A stretch of DNA of 64,000 nucleotides from Ginglymostoma cirratum (taxonomy: Eukaryota). Shown here one piece after another: positions 25,453 to 39,969 of this stretch (position 1 is the first letter of the stretch; every line of letters begins with the position of its first letter). The stretch covers positions 11,992,581 through 12,056,580 of the forward strand of contig JAHRHZ010000024.1 of the NCBI GenBank assembly GCA_024137785.1, in the 5' to 3' direction. The notes under the pieces were generated by a model. It had not been told where the DNA came from and did not search any database. It saw nothing but the letters and a program-made list of their open reading frames with translations. The position numbers and the translations under genes are program-made.

Positions 25453-27109
25453 CCTCTCAGTCTCCATCCTTCCATTGAACACTTCTATATAATTATAAAG
25501 TATCCCACATTATCAACTGAACACATGTTTTATGAATTCCCACACCCTTGATGACCCTATATGTTTTCCATGGAGAGGCAGCAGTGATAATTATCTGTTA
25601 GGTACCCCTCCTCCTGGAGCTCCAGGTCCTCTCCTATCTTCTGTCAGGTTACACCCACTTATTTAGAATTGCCCAATATCTCTGAAATCATTCTGTCAAA
25701 AACTTGATGCAATGAGTCCCAACCCCAAACATTACTTACCTGCTTTCCCCAAGACTCCATGGTCTTCTCCCTAATAAGCCCCAGGACTGACTGAAGCCCA
25801 GGCCCCCAGACTGACTTAGCAGGACAGCCTTGGCAGCCTGGATTGATACCTCTATGGTGCCATGACTTTCATACATGTGAACCCTGGACTGGTTGCACAT
25901 GACCTGAGTTGTTGACCATGGCTCAATTGCTAGACTGCAAGGACACAGATCTCCAGACCAATATTCCCTCTAATCTGGTCCTGGATTCTGGGCATGCCAG
26001 TCACAGTTGGCATGCTGATCACAGCATTGACTGCCAGTTCTAGAAGTTGCCAGGGGGTTTGGTTGGGGTTGTCACTTAGAATCTTGTCTGTTAGAAATGC
26101 TTTAATTTTTTCAGCAAAAGTCTATATTAATATACGATCTCTAGCAGAAACTGAGACTGCTCCAAGTGATGTGTGGAATGGCTCCTGTCGGTGCTGTGCT
26201 TCCTAGTCGATATGGCAGTATGCCTTCAATATGACCGAATGCAACCTGATGGCGTGAAGTTTTCATACTCAGTCTTCACTCAGATCATTTAAAGTGTGAT
26301 ATGCAAAAAGCATTCTGGTCTATGTAATTAAACAGCATAATGGTAGCAGACACTGCTGTCCCTGAGAGGCGTAATGTTTGCACATGATCATAACTGTGAT
26401 AAACATCTGTTGGATTCTTCAAGATCACATAATCCACACAGAGCTTCTTATGGCATGAGAGATAACGTTAATATCATGCATTAGGAAAACCAAAGTATTG
26501 GAGACAAATTAACATTGACTATGGTCCTAAAACCTTTATTTGTAGACATTACATTTCGCGTGAGTTTGGCAAGCCACAGTTTGCAGAGGTATTTATCCAG
26601 AGATAATAGCTGTAATAAGTGAGCTTTTATGGTCAATAAAATGAAGTAATCACAGCTTTAAATAGCCACCTGAAAAGTGACACACTCTCCTCTCACTGGT
26701 CAGCCTCCAGGGAATCTGATGCACAAGATGTTCAATTTAACGATAAGTAAAATTCAATGCAAAAGGGACTCAGTAATGTCTTGAAAGGATGTTAATTGGT
26801 ACAATAAGTGTCCGCTAATCTGTTCTCATTAAGGTCTTGCCTGCAGCAAGTAAATTAATCACAGGCATCCAAGTGGCCTTTGCTTTACTGTGTTTTAATT
26901 TCGCAACGGAAGGCTTGAAAACCAGAATTTCACTTTTTGACGCTTTTTTTCAAAGAAATGCAGATCATTCGCTTACTTTGCCATTAATCTACTTGCAGTC
27001 TTTGGAAGCAAGCATGTTGAAGGTGGCTTGTGGGCAGAATCTAAAAATAATTTGTTTTAATCACCCAACTCACCCATTCTTTGGGATTAAAACATAGTCA
27101 TATGTGGCA

Positions 27110-28175
27110 TCTGCCTTATTTTTTAAATTACTCCCCCCGTACAAAACTCCTCAAATAGGGGAACCATTTCATCTGCACATACCTTGTCTGCCCCTTTAAG
27201 TATTTTGTAGGTTTTAGTGAAATCACCACTCATTCTTTGAAACTATAGAGAATACAGGCCCAGTTTGCCCAATCTCTTTCTTATGGGTCAGACCAAACCA
27301 ACCACTCCTACCCCTAACCCCACCACCAAACTATAATATGGTGATTGCCTAGACACTAAACTTTATATTTTTTAAAAGGCAAGTGTAAGGCAATGTGTTC
27401 CAAATGTGATTTGACTGGCCCACCACTAAACTTTAATCAAAATACATTTTCTTCTTACAACACACTTAAAATACAACAGAAAATGAAGAATTAGCATAAC
27501 TTTATTGAAATACTTAACAAAACAACGTATTATTTAACCACTAATTAACAACTATTCCAGTATAGGCAGCATCCTATAATACACCTTTGGCAAAGGCAAT
27601 ACAATTGTTATTCTCACATGCTGTCTCTCTCCCTCCAGTAGACAGAAATACCGGGGGAAAAATATAGTCCGCCTCTTCTGCTTTCTAAGAGGAGAACCTT
27701 CTGTTTAAGTCTTCAATCCAGCAGCAGAGAAAGAGACTGTAACTGTTAGTTTCAGCAGCCAGCTAACAGAAAAATCAACTAACTGAAAACACAACCAAAT
27801 CTTTTTCGGTCTGTGCAAACCTGACCTGCCCACTCATAATTCTTTTTTTTTTGCCTTAAACAAAAAATCCAGGAAGTACTCAAAGCTGTTTATCAACTGC
27901 CTGTCAAAAGGAGACATTGTGCCACCAATGTGACATCAACCCTCTGCAAAAGAACCAGAACAGAACACAATCTCTTAAAGGCTCAGTATTGTCACGATAG
28001 GACAGTCTCACTATCCTGGGAGCAAATCTAGTGAACGTTTGTTGCACTCACTCTGTGCAAATAATACTTTTTTTAATGCAGTAGAAGACCAAAACTACAC
28101 ACAGTACTCCAGGTGTGTCCTTATCAACATCCTGCACAATTGAAGCAAGACTGTACACAAATCCCCTTGCATGTT
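27110..28175 (-). mobile_element. CR1 3' fragment interrupted by a ~0.65-kb insertion (about 27330-27995, possibly a solo LTR)
   Basis: CR1 antisense motifs on both sides (cctcaaataggggaacc..; gaccaaaactacacacagtactccaggtg); unrelated sequence between them. Confidence 0.5.
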
Positions 28176-31100
28176 ATGTCTAGTTCAGATTGCAAAGGAG
28201 TATTAGTTGTTTACTCAACAAACCCCATCACCCAAATTTCCTTACTCTGGGAATAGAATTTAACCAGTTCGAGCAAGTTCCTGAACCTAAGATGTGCAGG
28301 CCAGTTTATACCCAAAATTAAAGACATGAGATATTTCTCCATGTATATTGCTCCACTAGAGCAGTAAATGCCATGCCAAGAGCATTGCATCTTTTACCAT
28401 ACACTGGATAAATGCTAGAAGAAGCAGAAATGACACGGGATACAAATAGAAATTGGGATGGTGGGAATTAGTTTTGGCCAGGACTGGCCCAGAAAATGGA
28501 AAAAAATGAATGAATAACTTTCTTGCTCACTGCATACTTCTGATGTTCTTGTTTCATTCAAATGCATTGTATCTAGTTTATTCTTAATTACCTAATCCAG
28601 GGCCTTATGTTAAAAGGTTTTAACAAAGATGCATACATATGAAAAAGCTCCATGTGCATAAGGGTGTTCAATGGCAGATTATTGGAGGCCTGAACTCCAC
28701 TTTCCTGCAGCCATTTATCTTTTTGTCATTTAATTTAAATAATCCTTTTAGTTTTCAAACGCGCAAAGGACCAAAGGAAGCCTCCTATTGCCTAAAGGGC
28801 AATAGCTTGAGCATCCATCAGCATCAATGCATAAACTTTCTACACGTTAAGGATGCCAATTCTCACATTCCACCAAGTATGGTTCCTAAGACATCGCTTG
28901 AGCAATATAGGTGACATAAGGTAAGATTGTCTCAGTGGCCTTCCATTCCGAGGCATATCATATGACACCAAGTGGTCTGTACAGCCATAACTTCAGTCTG
29001 CATAATTTCTAGACTACCCAGGCAAAATACTGACATGTATTTTTCTCCTAACAGGTAGCCTGGAGATTACAGAGCACCAAAAGAAAGCTGTTTTCAGCGC
29101 CAAGTCAAATTTGATGCTTTCAAAACGCAGGCAATAACTGTGTAGAGCTCAAACATAGTCCGCAACACATTGATCCATGGCAGAGCGTGCATCTGCTTTA
29201 TCAACACACACAATTGTCCTGATCCCAAACCAGCGCTTTGTCCTAATAAGATGAGTGCTGTTCAAAGTAAGCTGCCTTGCAAACAGTTACAGTTTTAATT
29301 GTGTGCTGACCTACATGCCCTTGAGACATTTTTACAGTATCTTTGACCAACATTTCAGCTCTTAATGTCCCATTTTTTTGTGTTTGCAACCATTAATCAT
29401 TTCTCCCTCTTCTTCCCAGTTTGCTTTTGCTGTTACCTATGCTCCCAGGAGATGACTAATGAAGGGTCCTACGAAGGAGCAAACCCACCTCCACAGTTAT
29501 GTGTTAGATAATGGACTTGAACAGATCCAGAGAAGGCATGCTACTAATCTTGCATATTTGGATGTGCGGTTTGTAATTCTGTTTGCCATTTTTTCACACC
29601 GTGATTTGCTTTTTTTATGGATTGATTTTTACTTTAATTTAATTCTAATTACTTATTGTGCACATTGCATGGTAACAGGTCCACCCACAACTTGGTCAAT
29701 GCCAGTGGTAGAAGGGTGAGCTGTTAATCAGTCATAAATTGTACTGTGCACTTCAGGCACCAATCAATGGCAATGGAGGAAGGAGATTCTTAGGTCTTTC
29801 TGCTCTGGATTTAATTGGGTTGGAAGCAAGAAGATGGTAGGTTGTGCAGCCGCCACCCATTTTGCGATGAACTGTTCTCCCAGTCTACAAACATCAACAA
29901 TAGGACTAAAGATTCTACCCTACATCACCACAATCCTTTGCAAGTACGTGAAATATCAATCTCACGTCCAGCCTGTTCTTGTCTATATTGCTTATGTTCA
30001 CCTCTCATTGCCCATTCACTGGAAATAACGATTAAAACTGAGCCCAGAGGGAAATGTTAATTTGACACGTTTCCAGAAAGTTACATTTGCGTAGTTTTGA
30101 TTTGCAGTCTTAGTTCTGCGCTCATCCCTAGGACACCGTCACATGTAATTTTTTCTTGAGTATTTCTTTCGAAACACACAAACTTATGAATTTGCAACAA
30201 AATAAATAACATCTCTGTTGGCATGAAAAGAACTCACACCTGCTGGTATTATAAATATGGCCAGTTTTGCCACTCTTGCCATAACAACACACATTTAGCA
30301 TTGATGACAGGAAGTTACTTCCAGAAAGATGCAAATTGTTCTCATCTTTAAAAGGTGTACTTTGAAATCTGAAAACAAGTCAGAAAAATATGAGACCTTT
30401 CTTCCTGTAGTACAAATGTTAAATCGGAATAACCACAATAATAATCAATTTTAGAGAGCGGGGAGACTGAGAATACAGTAGAGTCCCAATTTTCATGAGG
30501 ACTGTGCTTCCCGAGAATGTCAAATTCATGATTTTCGCAGACAGTAAACATGGCTGAATGCACATGCATGATACACAGTGCATGCAAAATTTGCATTTTC
30601 ATTGCCAGACTACCAGGAATGAGCAAACATAGAAGTCACAATGGGTGAAAGTCACAGTGGGTAAAATCTTGTGCAGATAAACTATTAAGGGAAAGATGGG
30701 CATGCTAGCTGTAGGAATTTACTTTAATAGAAAAATGTAGAATTTGACATTGATCTGGGATTTAGAATTTCATCCTAAACTGGTCTATACCAAGGATGAA
30801 ACAACATGCCCTTTGCTGCAGAGAACACATTAGACTGAAATAAATCAGCTCAGCAGCAACCCACTTTGTGTTGAAATGTATCCAGGGTCAGTAATAAGCT
30901 AGCTAGTATCATTTTGCAGCAAAGTCCATCCTAATTATATCACAAATGATACCACAAATCCTGTCCTTTTTTATACAAGTGAGATGTGTTGGCAGGAGTT
31001 TAATTAAAAAAAAATCTTGCTGGAAACATCAAATTCTTGTGTTTTTTTAATTTTGCTGCTTTAAAGTTAATTCATTTCAAATTGACCCAGATCATGATGG

Positions 31101-31399
31101 ATGTAAACTTATCAGGTCATGAATAATATCATGTTAAGTCTGTTACTGTGAAAACCTTTCAGACCAGCTGGAATTGAACATAATACATATTTTCTAAGCA
31201 GCCTTTTAAATTAATGGTGACTTTGGAGAATGTATCTATTTAAATCACAGTCATGAATTCAGTACTAACAAGTTTGTATTTTTAGTGTTTCTCAAAATGA
31301 TCTGGCATTTGTCTTCCCTGAACAAGCGCTCTAATTAAGAATTAATCCTTTTGCTAGGTTTCCTCTGTCTGGAAATGATGTTTATTTCCTTTGCAAATA

Positions 31400-31926
31400 C
31401 AATGGCAAGGACCCACTCCCTGCTTTCCCTGCTGCAGATCCACCATCCGCAGCTTAACCCTCCCCAACTCTGGACCCACTGCCTCAAACATCCTCCCACT
31501 CTGCTCCATTTCTCCACCATCCGCTGGAATCCAGCCAACGCCCTCAGCCTTTCTGAATCTGAGCTGCCTCCAAACCCCTCGTCACCTCCCACCCCTCCAA
31601 CCCCTAGCTCCCCTTGTCTTCTTCCAGGCCCAAGCTGCCTCAGCTCTCTCGGACCCAGCTTCTTTCCCCCTACTCTAAATCTGGTCTGCCTCCAGCATCG
31701 CTTGATGCTGTATCCAGAGCGGGGACTCCTTGCTCCCTGGACATCTAACAGAGATTTTGTAAGAAGACCTGGAACTGCGTTTGAAGTTCCCTCGTACAGA
31801 AGATGAACTCTATTTATGTAATTTTATTTCTTTGTTTTGTAACTCAAAAAGGTGCCACATTGTGCCATAAAAAAAACCCTTTTCACTGTATCTTACTAAT
31901 TACATGTGACAGTAATAAATAAATAA
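31400..31926 (+). mobile_element. Non-autonomous retroelement with Rex1/Babar-type 3' tail
   Basis: C-rich body ending ttttcactgtatctt..tacatgtgacagtaataaataaataa, the same tail as the Rex1 LINE at 32806 (reverse complement). Confidence 0.5.
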
Positions 31927-32805
31927 CCCATGTGTCCCAACTAGACCTAATATCTCCCACCCACTCTGACTTACCCTAAATGCAACATGCCATACCTGGT
32001 CCCTTGCCACCTCACACACTGGCACCTTACACACCTGATATACTACCCACCTGGCACCTGGTTCACCTGGCGGCCAATCCTGCTCCCAATCTTTACACAA
32101 CTCACCTGCCATCCTAACTTCATACTTACACCATGTGCTTATCTTTAGACATTGGTCATCAACCTTCAGAATGCAGTGACTGACTGCTGTGAGAAAAGGA
32201 GTTTGGATTTTTCTCTGAGCCGACACTAGACAACCAGACTCAGTCCGAACAGCAGGATGAACAATCACCAAATCCAGAGGTAAAGCTTTGAGGTGACATC
32301 GTTAAATTTCTGTAAGTGACATCAAGTAAGTGGAAGCAGCTGACTGAGTGAGTTAAATCAGCTGGACATACAGCTTAAGACTGAATTCAAGGTTAGTAGA
32401 AAAGTTAGTAAGTAAGACTGAGTAAGTTCAAGTTTAAATCACAGCAGAGGAGAGCAGCTGAATGGTACAAGTGACTTTCCATATGTGGGAAGGTATGGAT
32501 CCTACCAATATCCTAGATGACCACAGGCGGAGGAATTGCTCCCAATTGCAGAAGCTTGAACTCTGTGTTTCAGACTGGCAGCTGGAGATACTATGGCACA
32601 TATGTGAGGCTGTGAGTTATGTGGATAGTGTGTTTAAAGAGGTGGTCACACTGCAGCTGAAGGGACTGAAGGGAAGAAGGGAATGGGTGATCACCAAGCA
32701 GTCAAAATCAGGCAAGTAGTGGGATCTTGCTCACAAACTAGTTTCCCAGTTTGGAAGCTAAAGAGAATGCTGGTTTCTTAAGGGAATTCAGAAAGAGCCA
32801 AGCTT

Positions 32806-33901
32806 GATTGATTGATTTACTGTTGTCACATGTACCAAGATACAGTGAAAAATGTTGTTCAGCATTCTATACAGGCCGACCATATCATACAAAGTGCATC
32901 AGGGTAGCGGAACAGAGTGCAGAATACAGTGTTACAGCTGCAGGGAGGGTGCAGAGAGAGAGTTCAGAATTAACATTTGAGAGATCAATTCAAAAGTCTG
33001 ATAATAGTTGGGAGGAAGTTGTTCTTGAAACTATTTGTATGTGTATTCAAACTCCTATGTCTTTGGCCAGATGGAATAGAATGGGAGAGAGTATAGCCAG
33101 GGTCTTTGATCATGTTGGCTGCTTTCCTGAGGCAGTGGGAAGTATTGAGGGAGTCAATGGATGGAAGGCTGGTTTGCTTGATGGACTGGGCTGTGTTCAT
33201 GACTCTCTGTAGTTTTGTGCTGCCTTGGGAAGAGCAGTTGCCAAACCACGCTCTGATGCATCCAGATAGGATACTTTTCGATAAAAATTGGCAACAGTCC
33301 TTGTGGACATGCTGATAGCCTCCTGAAGAAGTACAGACGTTGTTGTGCTTTCTTGAACATTGCGTCAGCGTAGAAGGATTAGGTCAGACTGTTGGTGATC
33401 ATCACTCCCAGGAACTTAACGCTCTCGACCATGTTCACCTCAGCTCCATTGATTACAGACTGGGGCGTGCGCTCCACTCTGCTTCCTAAAGTCAATGACC
33501 AGTTCATTCATTTTGCTGATGCTGTTGGAGAGATTTTTGTCTTTATACCATACTGCTAAGCTCTCAATTTCTTTCCCGTATTCTGTCCGTCATTGTTTGA
33601 GATCTGACTGACAACGTCAGCAAAATTGTGAGTAAGAGTTGGGGCGGAATTTGGCTGCATAGTCGTGAGTGTGTAAGGAGTATAGTAGGGGGCTCAGTGC
33701 ACAGCTTGGCAGGGCATCGGTGTTGAAGATTGTGGTGGAAGAGGTGTTGTCGCTTATTCTTACTGATTGCGGGTTATGGGTCAGGAAGTTGAGGATCCAG
33801 TTACAGAGGGGTGAGTCAAAACCTAAGTCTCAGAGTTTAGAGATGGGTTTGTTTGGAATTATGGTGTTGAAGGTGGAATTGTAGTCAATAAGTAGGTCAA
33901 T
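32806..33901 (-). mobile_element. Rex1/Babar LINE 3' fragment nested in CR1
   Basis: IDYNSTFNTIIPNKPISKL, KKAQQRLYFFRRL, SFKNNFLPTIIRLLN; AAGCTT on both sides (32800-32805, 33902-33907). Confidence 0.85.
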
Positions 33902-34964
33902 AAGCTTCTGGTACCATAAGTAGCCTGACTGTACAAGAGGGGAGGATGAAGAAAGCAGGAGCGACAGAGATAGGAAATTCATTAGGAAAATGGACAGACA
34001 TTTCTGCCATTCAGTATGATGTGTTGCCTCCCTGGTGTCAAGGTCAGGGATGTCACTGAATAGCTGCAGGGCAGTTTGAAAGGGGAGCGTGATAAGGCAG
34101 AGGTCATGGTACCCTTTGGTACCAACATTATAGGGAGGAAGATGAACGAGATCTAGCATCAAGAATTCAGACAGCTAGGGAGTAGATTAAAAGCCTTGGT
34201 CTCAAAGATACTAACCTCTGAATTACTTCAGAGTCATCAATTTGCAAGTACAGAAATAGGAAAAGAGGGCAGATGGATACATGGCTCAAAAATTAGTGCA
34301 GGATGGAGGGTTTTAGATTCTTGGATTACTGGGAAACGTTTCTGGGGAGTGTGACAACTCTACAAGCAGGGTAGCCTGCACCTGAACCAGAATGGGACCA
34401 AAACCCTTGTGGGAGTGTTCAGTAGTACTGTTGGGAAGAGTTTAAATGAGCTTAGTAGGAGCAGGGAACACAATCCCTGAGTTCCATAGTGACATAACAT
34501 AACCTAGAAAAGGAACGAAGTCATAACAAGTTCAGTCATGTTGTGTCTGAAAGGAGCATAGTAAGGGTGCATGGCCTTTACTGGCAGGAGTATTATAGGT
34601 AAGTCGGATGAATTAAGAGTGCGGATTGATACATGGAACTACGATGTTGTTGTCATCATAGAGATATAGTTAAAGGAGGGATGGAATTGGCCACTCAAAA
34701 TTCCAGAGTACATGATCTTCAAACAGGACAGGTGAGGACGCAAAGAGGAGGTGTGGCATTATTAACTAAGGAGTCAGTTACTGCAGTAAGAAGGGATAAT
34801 ATATTGATAGGGTCATCAAATGAGGCTTTGTGGATGGAGCTTAGGAATAAAAGGGGGGAAGTCACACTGAAAAGGGTGTTTATAAGTCCCAAACTGTCAG
34901 CAGGCAGTTGAGCAGATATGTAGACATTTCGGCGAGGAATGTAAAAACAATAATACAGTGAACT

Positions 34965-36745
34965 TTTTTATTCACTTATAGATTATGGGTGTCGCTGGCT
35001 GGCCATCCCTTGTTTTTCCATCCCTACTTGCCCTTCAGAACATATTGGGGACCTACCTTCTTGAACCGCTAGAGGCCATGTGCTATGGGTTGATCCACAA
35101 TGTCCTTAGTGAGAGAATTCCAGGATTTCGACCCAGCAACACTGAAGGAATAGCAATAGGTGGAGGGGGTGGATGCTTGAGGATGTGATGCTAATAAAGC
35201 AAGCTGCTTTGCCCTGATGTCAAGGTTCTTGGGTGTTTGTGAAGCTACATCCAGACAAATGGGGGGAGTATTCCATCACACTCCTGACTTGTGTCTTGTA
35301 GATGGAGATCAGGCATTGGGGAGTCAGGAGGTGAGTGACTCGCCACATCATTCCTAGCTTCTGACCTGCTCTTGTAGCCTTGTGTTTCTGTGGTGAGTTC
35401 CGTTGAGTATCTGGTCAATAGTAACTCCAAAGATGTTGACAGTGGAGTATTCAGTGATGGTAAAATTATTGAAAGTCAAGGAGCAATGGTTAGACTGTCT
35501 CTTATTGTAACTGGTCATTGCCTTGCATTTGTGTATTGTGAATGTTACTCTGCCACTTCTCAGCCCAAGCTGGATATTGTCGAGATATTGGTGGATTTGA
35601 ACATAAACTGCTTTAGTATCTGAGGAGTTACAAATGCTACTGAACATTATGCAATCATCTGCAAACACCCCTACTTCTGACCGTACAATGGAGGGAAGAT
35701 TACTGACGAGGCAGTTGAAGATGGTTAGGCCCAGGATACTACCTTGAGGAACTCCTGCAGAAATGTTCTGTAGCTGAGGTGAATTATCTCCAACAACCCC
35801 AGCCATCTTCCTATGTGCCAGGTATGACTCCAATCAGCTGAGGGTTTGCCCTTGATACCTATTGATTCCAATTTTGCTAGGGCTCCTTGTTGTCGCAATC
35901 GGTCGAATGCAGCTTTGTTGTGGAGGGCTGTCACTCTCACCCTTACCTCTGGAATTCAGCTCTTTTGTCCATGTTTGAACAAAGGCTCTAAGGTGGACAG
36001 GAGCTGAGTGGCCCTGGTGGAACCCAATCTGTGCATCAGTGAGCAGGTTATTGCTGAACAGGTGCTGCTTGATAGCACTGTTGATGACACCTTCCATCAC
36101 TTTACTGATGATCAAGAGTAGACTGATGTGGCGGGCATTGGCTGGCTTAGATATGACCTTTTTTTGTGCACAGGAAATACCTGGGCAATTTTTCACATTG
36201 TTGGGTAGATACCAGTGGTATACCTGTTCTGGAACTGCTTGGCTAGGGAATTGACAAGGTCTGAAGCACAAGTCTTCAGCACTAGTGCCAGAAGGTTGTC
36301 AGGGCCCATACTTTTTGCTTTATCCAATGGTCTCCAAACATTTCTTGATGTCATGTGGAGTGAATCGAATTGGCTGAAGATTTGGTATCTGCGACTGGGG
36401 GCTACGAGAGGAGGCTGAGGTTGATCATTCACTTGGTACTTCTAGTTGAAGATTGCTGCAAATGTTTCAGCTTCATCAATTCCATTGAGGATGGACAACA
36501 TTTATGAAGGCTTCTCCTCCAGTGAGCTGTTCAAGTGTTGATCATCATTCACAACTGGCTGTGGCAGAACTGCAAAGCTTAGATCTGATCTGTTGGTTAT
36601 GGGATCACTTAGCTCTTTCTATCATTTGCTGCTTATGCTGGTTGGCCCACAAGTCGTCCTGTTTGCCGACTTCACCAGGTTGACACCACACTTTTAGGTT
36701 TGTGTAATGCTGCCCCTGGCATGCCTATCTGCCCTCTCCATTAGA
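34965..36745 (-). mobile_element. L2/CR1-superfamily LINE, RT region to 3' tail, nested in CR1
   Basis: KSMGPDN, ISLLLIISKVMEG, QIGF, AGVPQGSILG, VFADD, GVTIDQ in three frameshifted ORFs. Confidence 0.9.
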
Positions 36746-39169
36746 TTATAAGAATTTAGCTTCCCAAACATTATTTGGGATTAGCATAGCATAAAGGATT
36801 TAAGGGGATAGATTTCTGAACATGAATTCAGGAGATCTTTTCAAAGTCGAGGAGAGACATCATAGAGGTGGATAAGATTATGAGGGCTTGGACAGGATGA
36901 ATAGAAAGCAGCTGTTCCCCTTTGTTAAAGGATAATAATGAGGGAAACACTTTTAATGTAGGAGGCTTAGAGGACTGTTGAGGAAAAAATATTTTTGCAC
37001 AAAGAGTGATTGGTTCTGGAATGCACTACCTGGGCGTGTAGTCGAAGCAGGTAACCTCATGATTTTTATGAAGTACTTGGATGAGCACCTGAAGTGTCAT
37101 TACATTGAAGACTATGAGCCAAGTGCTGTAAAGTTGGAATAGTGCAGGTTCAACATAGATCTGGCAATACAGATTCGATAGGCCAAAGGGCTTCTTCAGT
37201 ACTGTATGATTCTATCATTCTGACTATTTAGAAGTCTCAAATGATATTTTGCCTGGTAATAAAATGTGGAAGAAGTCCTCCCTGGACTTATTTCAGACCA
37301 TTATAACACGCCTACAACTGCCCTGGCTAAGATCAGCGAACTCCATTTATAACAGAGGTTAAACATAAGACTGGATGGCTCATTACTGAATGAACCATCA
37401 AGTAATTGGTGAACATCAGTAACCCTGAATTTGTTTCTGCAACTCTAATGCAAAATATATTAAACGCTTTTAAATTTTCTGTAAAAAGCACTGTTCTTTG
37501 ATAGCAATGAGATTTTTGAAAATCAAAAATGCATTATGCAAAAACGCTCCATGAAGAGAAAAATACGTTCTGCAAATGTTTCACCAGTATAAACAGCCTT
37601 GACTGATGTAAATGCAAATGGTCCTAAATAAAACATTTAAATATACAGCTGTCAGATTTTCAAACAGGTAATAAATTCAATTATCAAAAGAATTGGTAAT
37701 GCTTGTTAACAACAGTTGATAAAATTGTTGTTCAAGGGACTATTAAAGTCATTCATGTCTTTTGCCTTGAATGTGACAGATTTGCACAATCAATTGAAAG
37801 GCATTATCCTGCTCAACAAGTAAAAGTGTCATTACTATCACTTATATGATGCAGTGTGTAACAGTAAGGTGAACCGATTAATGTAAGGTATGAATGGTGA
37901 TTGACTTAGAATCTTGGAAGGTAAGCGATAGATGTTGTAAGAGACTAGTAGTTAAATTGTAAATGCAAGAAATTTGAAGATACCTGCATTAACACCTGCT
38001 ATTTGTATGAGGTTATTAGTTTTTTGTTTGCAGCACAGTATCCATGTCCTCAGAGCTACACTGCTGTATTGGCTGGGATGATCATTTGCTCTCATTATTT
38101 GTTGCAATTTGTAGGACTATCTGCACACTTGCAGGTAAGGGGGTAATCTCCTTCTGCTCACCTTCTGCAACAAGGCCCCAAGTGCTGTACTGGGGAAAGG
38201 TAAACCCTAATATCTGCCATGGTGTGTCATATTTGTGACTTTGCCATCTAAACTCACTCTTGGGTCTGAATTTCGACTGAATCAGAAGATCTCCATGCCT
38301 TAGCCAAAACTGTCAATTCTGTAAGTTCTGCCCCCAATCCAAAACCATCTATGGAACTGTCAAACTGTCGAGTCATTTAAATTCTCTGCCCTTTAAACAT
38401 TGAATGAATAAAATTGCTTTGACTCCCATTTGAAAGCAATTATTGCTTGCAATTTAATTAGAAGTTTGTTGCCTTTTGCATAGCTATAATTGAAGAATTA
38501 GTGTTTTTTGATTATATCCACAAGCTATCATTGTCACAGAGGGGTGTTTAGGGTGTGGTTCTTGTACATTTAATAGTTTGTTCAACAACACAATGTGTTT
38601 GATGTGAAGCCATGAATACAAATGTGTTATTTAATAAGGAATTAAGTGCTAGAAGGAAACGTTTGTTTTATAAGAGATTAATTACATAAGATGATTTAAT
38701 TCTATCAGAAGGGACTTTATCAAATTTTTTTTTCAATAATAATAGTCTATAATTGACACTTAAATCACCATTGAATTTCATCTCAGCCTGGTATGAAGAT
38801 ACGGAGTAAGCTATTACAGAGGATGCAAATGTTAGTTGCGAAGAGTGGAGACTGTTGGTTTAGCATGAATTGACACTTGTCAGTATCTGAGTCATGAATG
38901 ACTCTGGGGATGGGTGGGATATTGGTCACTTATTTGCATGAGTTAGTATTAGGTTGGTGTGGGAGTTGTAAGTCTTAGGGTGTGTTGGTAGACATAGGTT
39001 GGCATAGAGGTATGAAGGACCATGAGAACTTTAAGTGAGGTCATGAAGTGGCATACTTTGAGATAGATAGGGCATGCAGAGTGAGTGAGAGGGAAGGGAT
39101 ACAGGACTTAGCTGTTATTATTATTACTGGGATAATGTTTCAGATGGCCAACACAGGCCTATTCAGCAA

Positions 39170-39200
39170 TGTGTGTACGTGTGTATGTGCTTGCTGTGTG

Positions 39201-39231
<31 letters not shown>

Positions 39232-39232
39232 C
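39170..39232. repeat. Imperfect (GT)n microsatellite
   Basis: gtgtgt run, pure part about 39202-39227. Confidence 0.95.
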
Positions 39233-39969
39233 ATGGGTTTGTTCAATTCCAAATGTGTCTCCCCTTTAAAAGGTGGAAGCTGGCTTCAAATAGCTCAGAT
39301 TAGCTTTGGCTCTGGGCAGTTACATCCTTGCTCTGGTGTGTTCATCAGAATACTTAGTATAGGCTGCAGCGTGTAAGTATATTTTACATGAGCTTACAGT
39401 GCATGATGTATGTACAGTAAAGGGAATTATATTTTTACTCCAATTATAGATAATGAACCTGGCTGAATAGAAGGATGTCATCATGATGACAGAAAACATG
39501 GAGCTGGGACCTGAGTCTGTACGTGTCAAGAAATAATGTCCTCTCTAACTTTTATCAATAGTTATGTTCAATGAAGCCTGTTTCTATTCTCTCAAAAGAG
39601 TGTGGCCTCTACTGTTACATAGTGGGAATGATGAACAGATTTAGCGGTGGCACGAACCTAAGGTGAAGCTCAGCAAAAGCACACTGCTACGGACAAAAAA
39701 GCATACAAGACCACACAGTCTTACAAATACAGTGTTTGGGGAAATGTTCAAAATGAAGCCCAGCTTGGGGCCTGCAAGCAATGAACTTTGAGGTGTGTCT
39801 GTATACTGAAACATGGACCAGAAAGGACAACAAAGAAGCTGAAAAGTGCAGGAGGTGGTTCATGGGGGAGAACACAGGAATAAATTAATCAGTTACAGTG
39901 ATTAAAATATTAAAGAATACTCAGGCACTTCCATGGGAGAAAATGAGGACTCGGGCCCAGATGTGAACC

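Larger units (their letters stand above)
32180..37220 (+). mobile_element. CR1 LINE retaining its 5' region (ORF1 zinc-finger/leucine zipper and esterase remnants, ORF2 endonuclease start, 3' end); internally deleted and twice interrupted
   Basis: ORF 32462 (MWE..C.QLQKLEL.V..VDSVFKEVVT), decayed CCLPG and GTN.IGR esterase motifs near 34020-34140, GGVALL..ALWMELRNKRG, and a CR1 3' end at 36845-37220. Confidence 0.75.

Noticed and set aside
29041-29140. Acceptor-like ttttctcctaacag
   Set aside because: All three frames stop within about 30 codons and there is no clear nearby donor
31351-31806. 151-aa Pro-rich ORF
   Set aside because: Low-complexity C-rich body of a retroelement; no recognisable domain
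39482-39513. C box (ATGATGA) and D box (CTGA) suggesting a snoRNA
   Set aside because: Too short and no terminal stem
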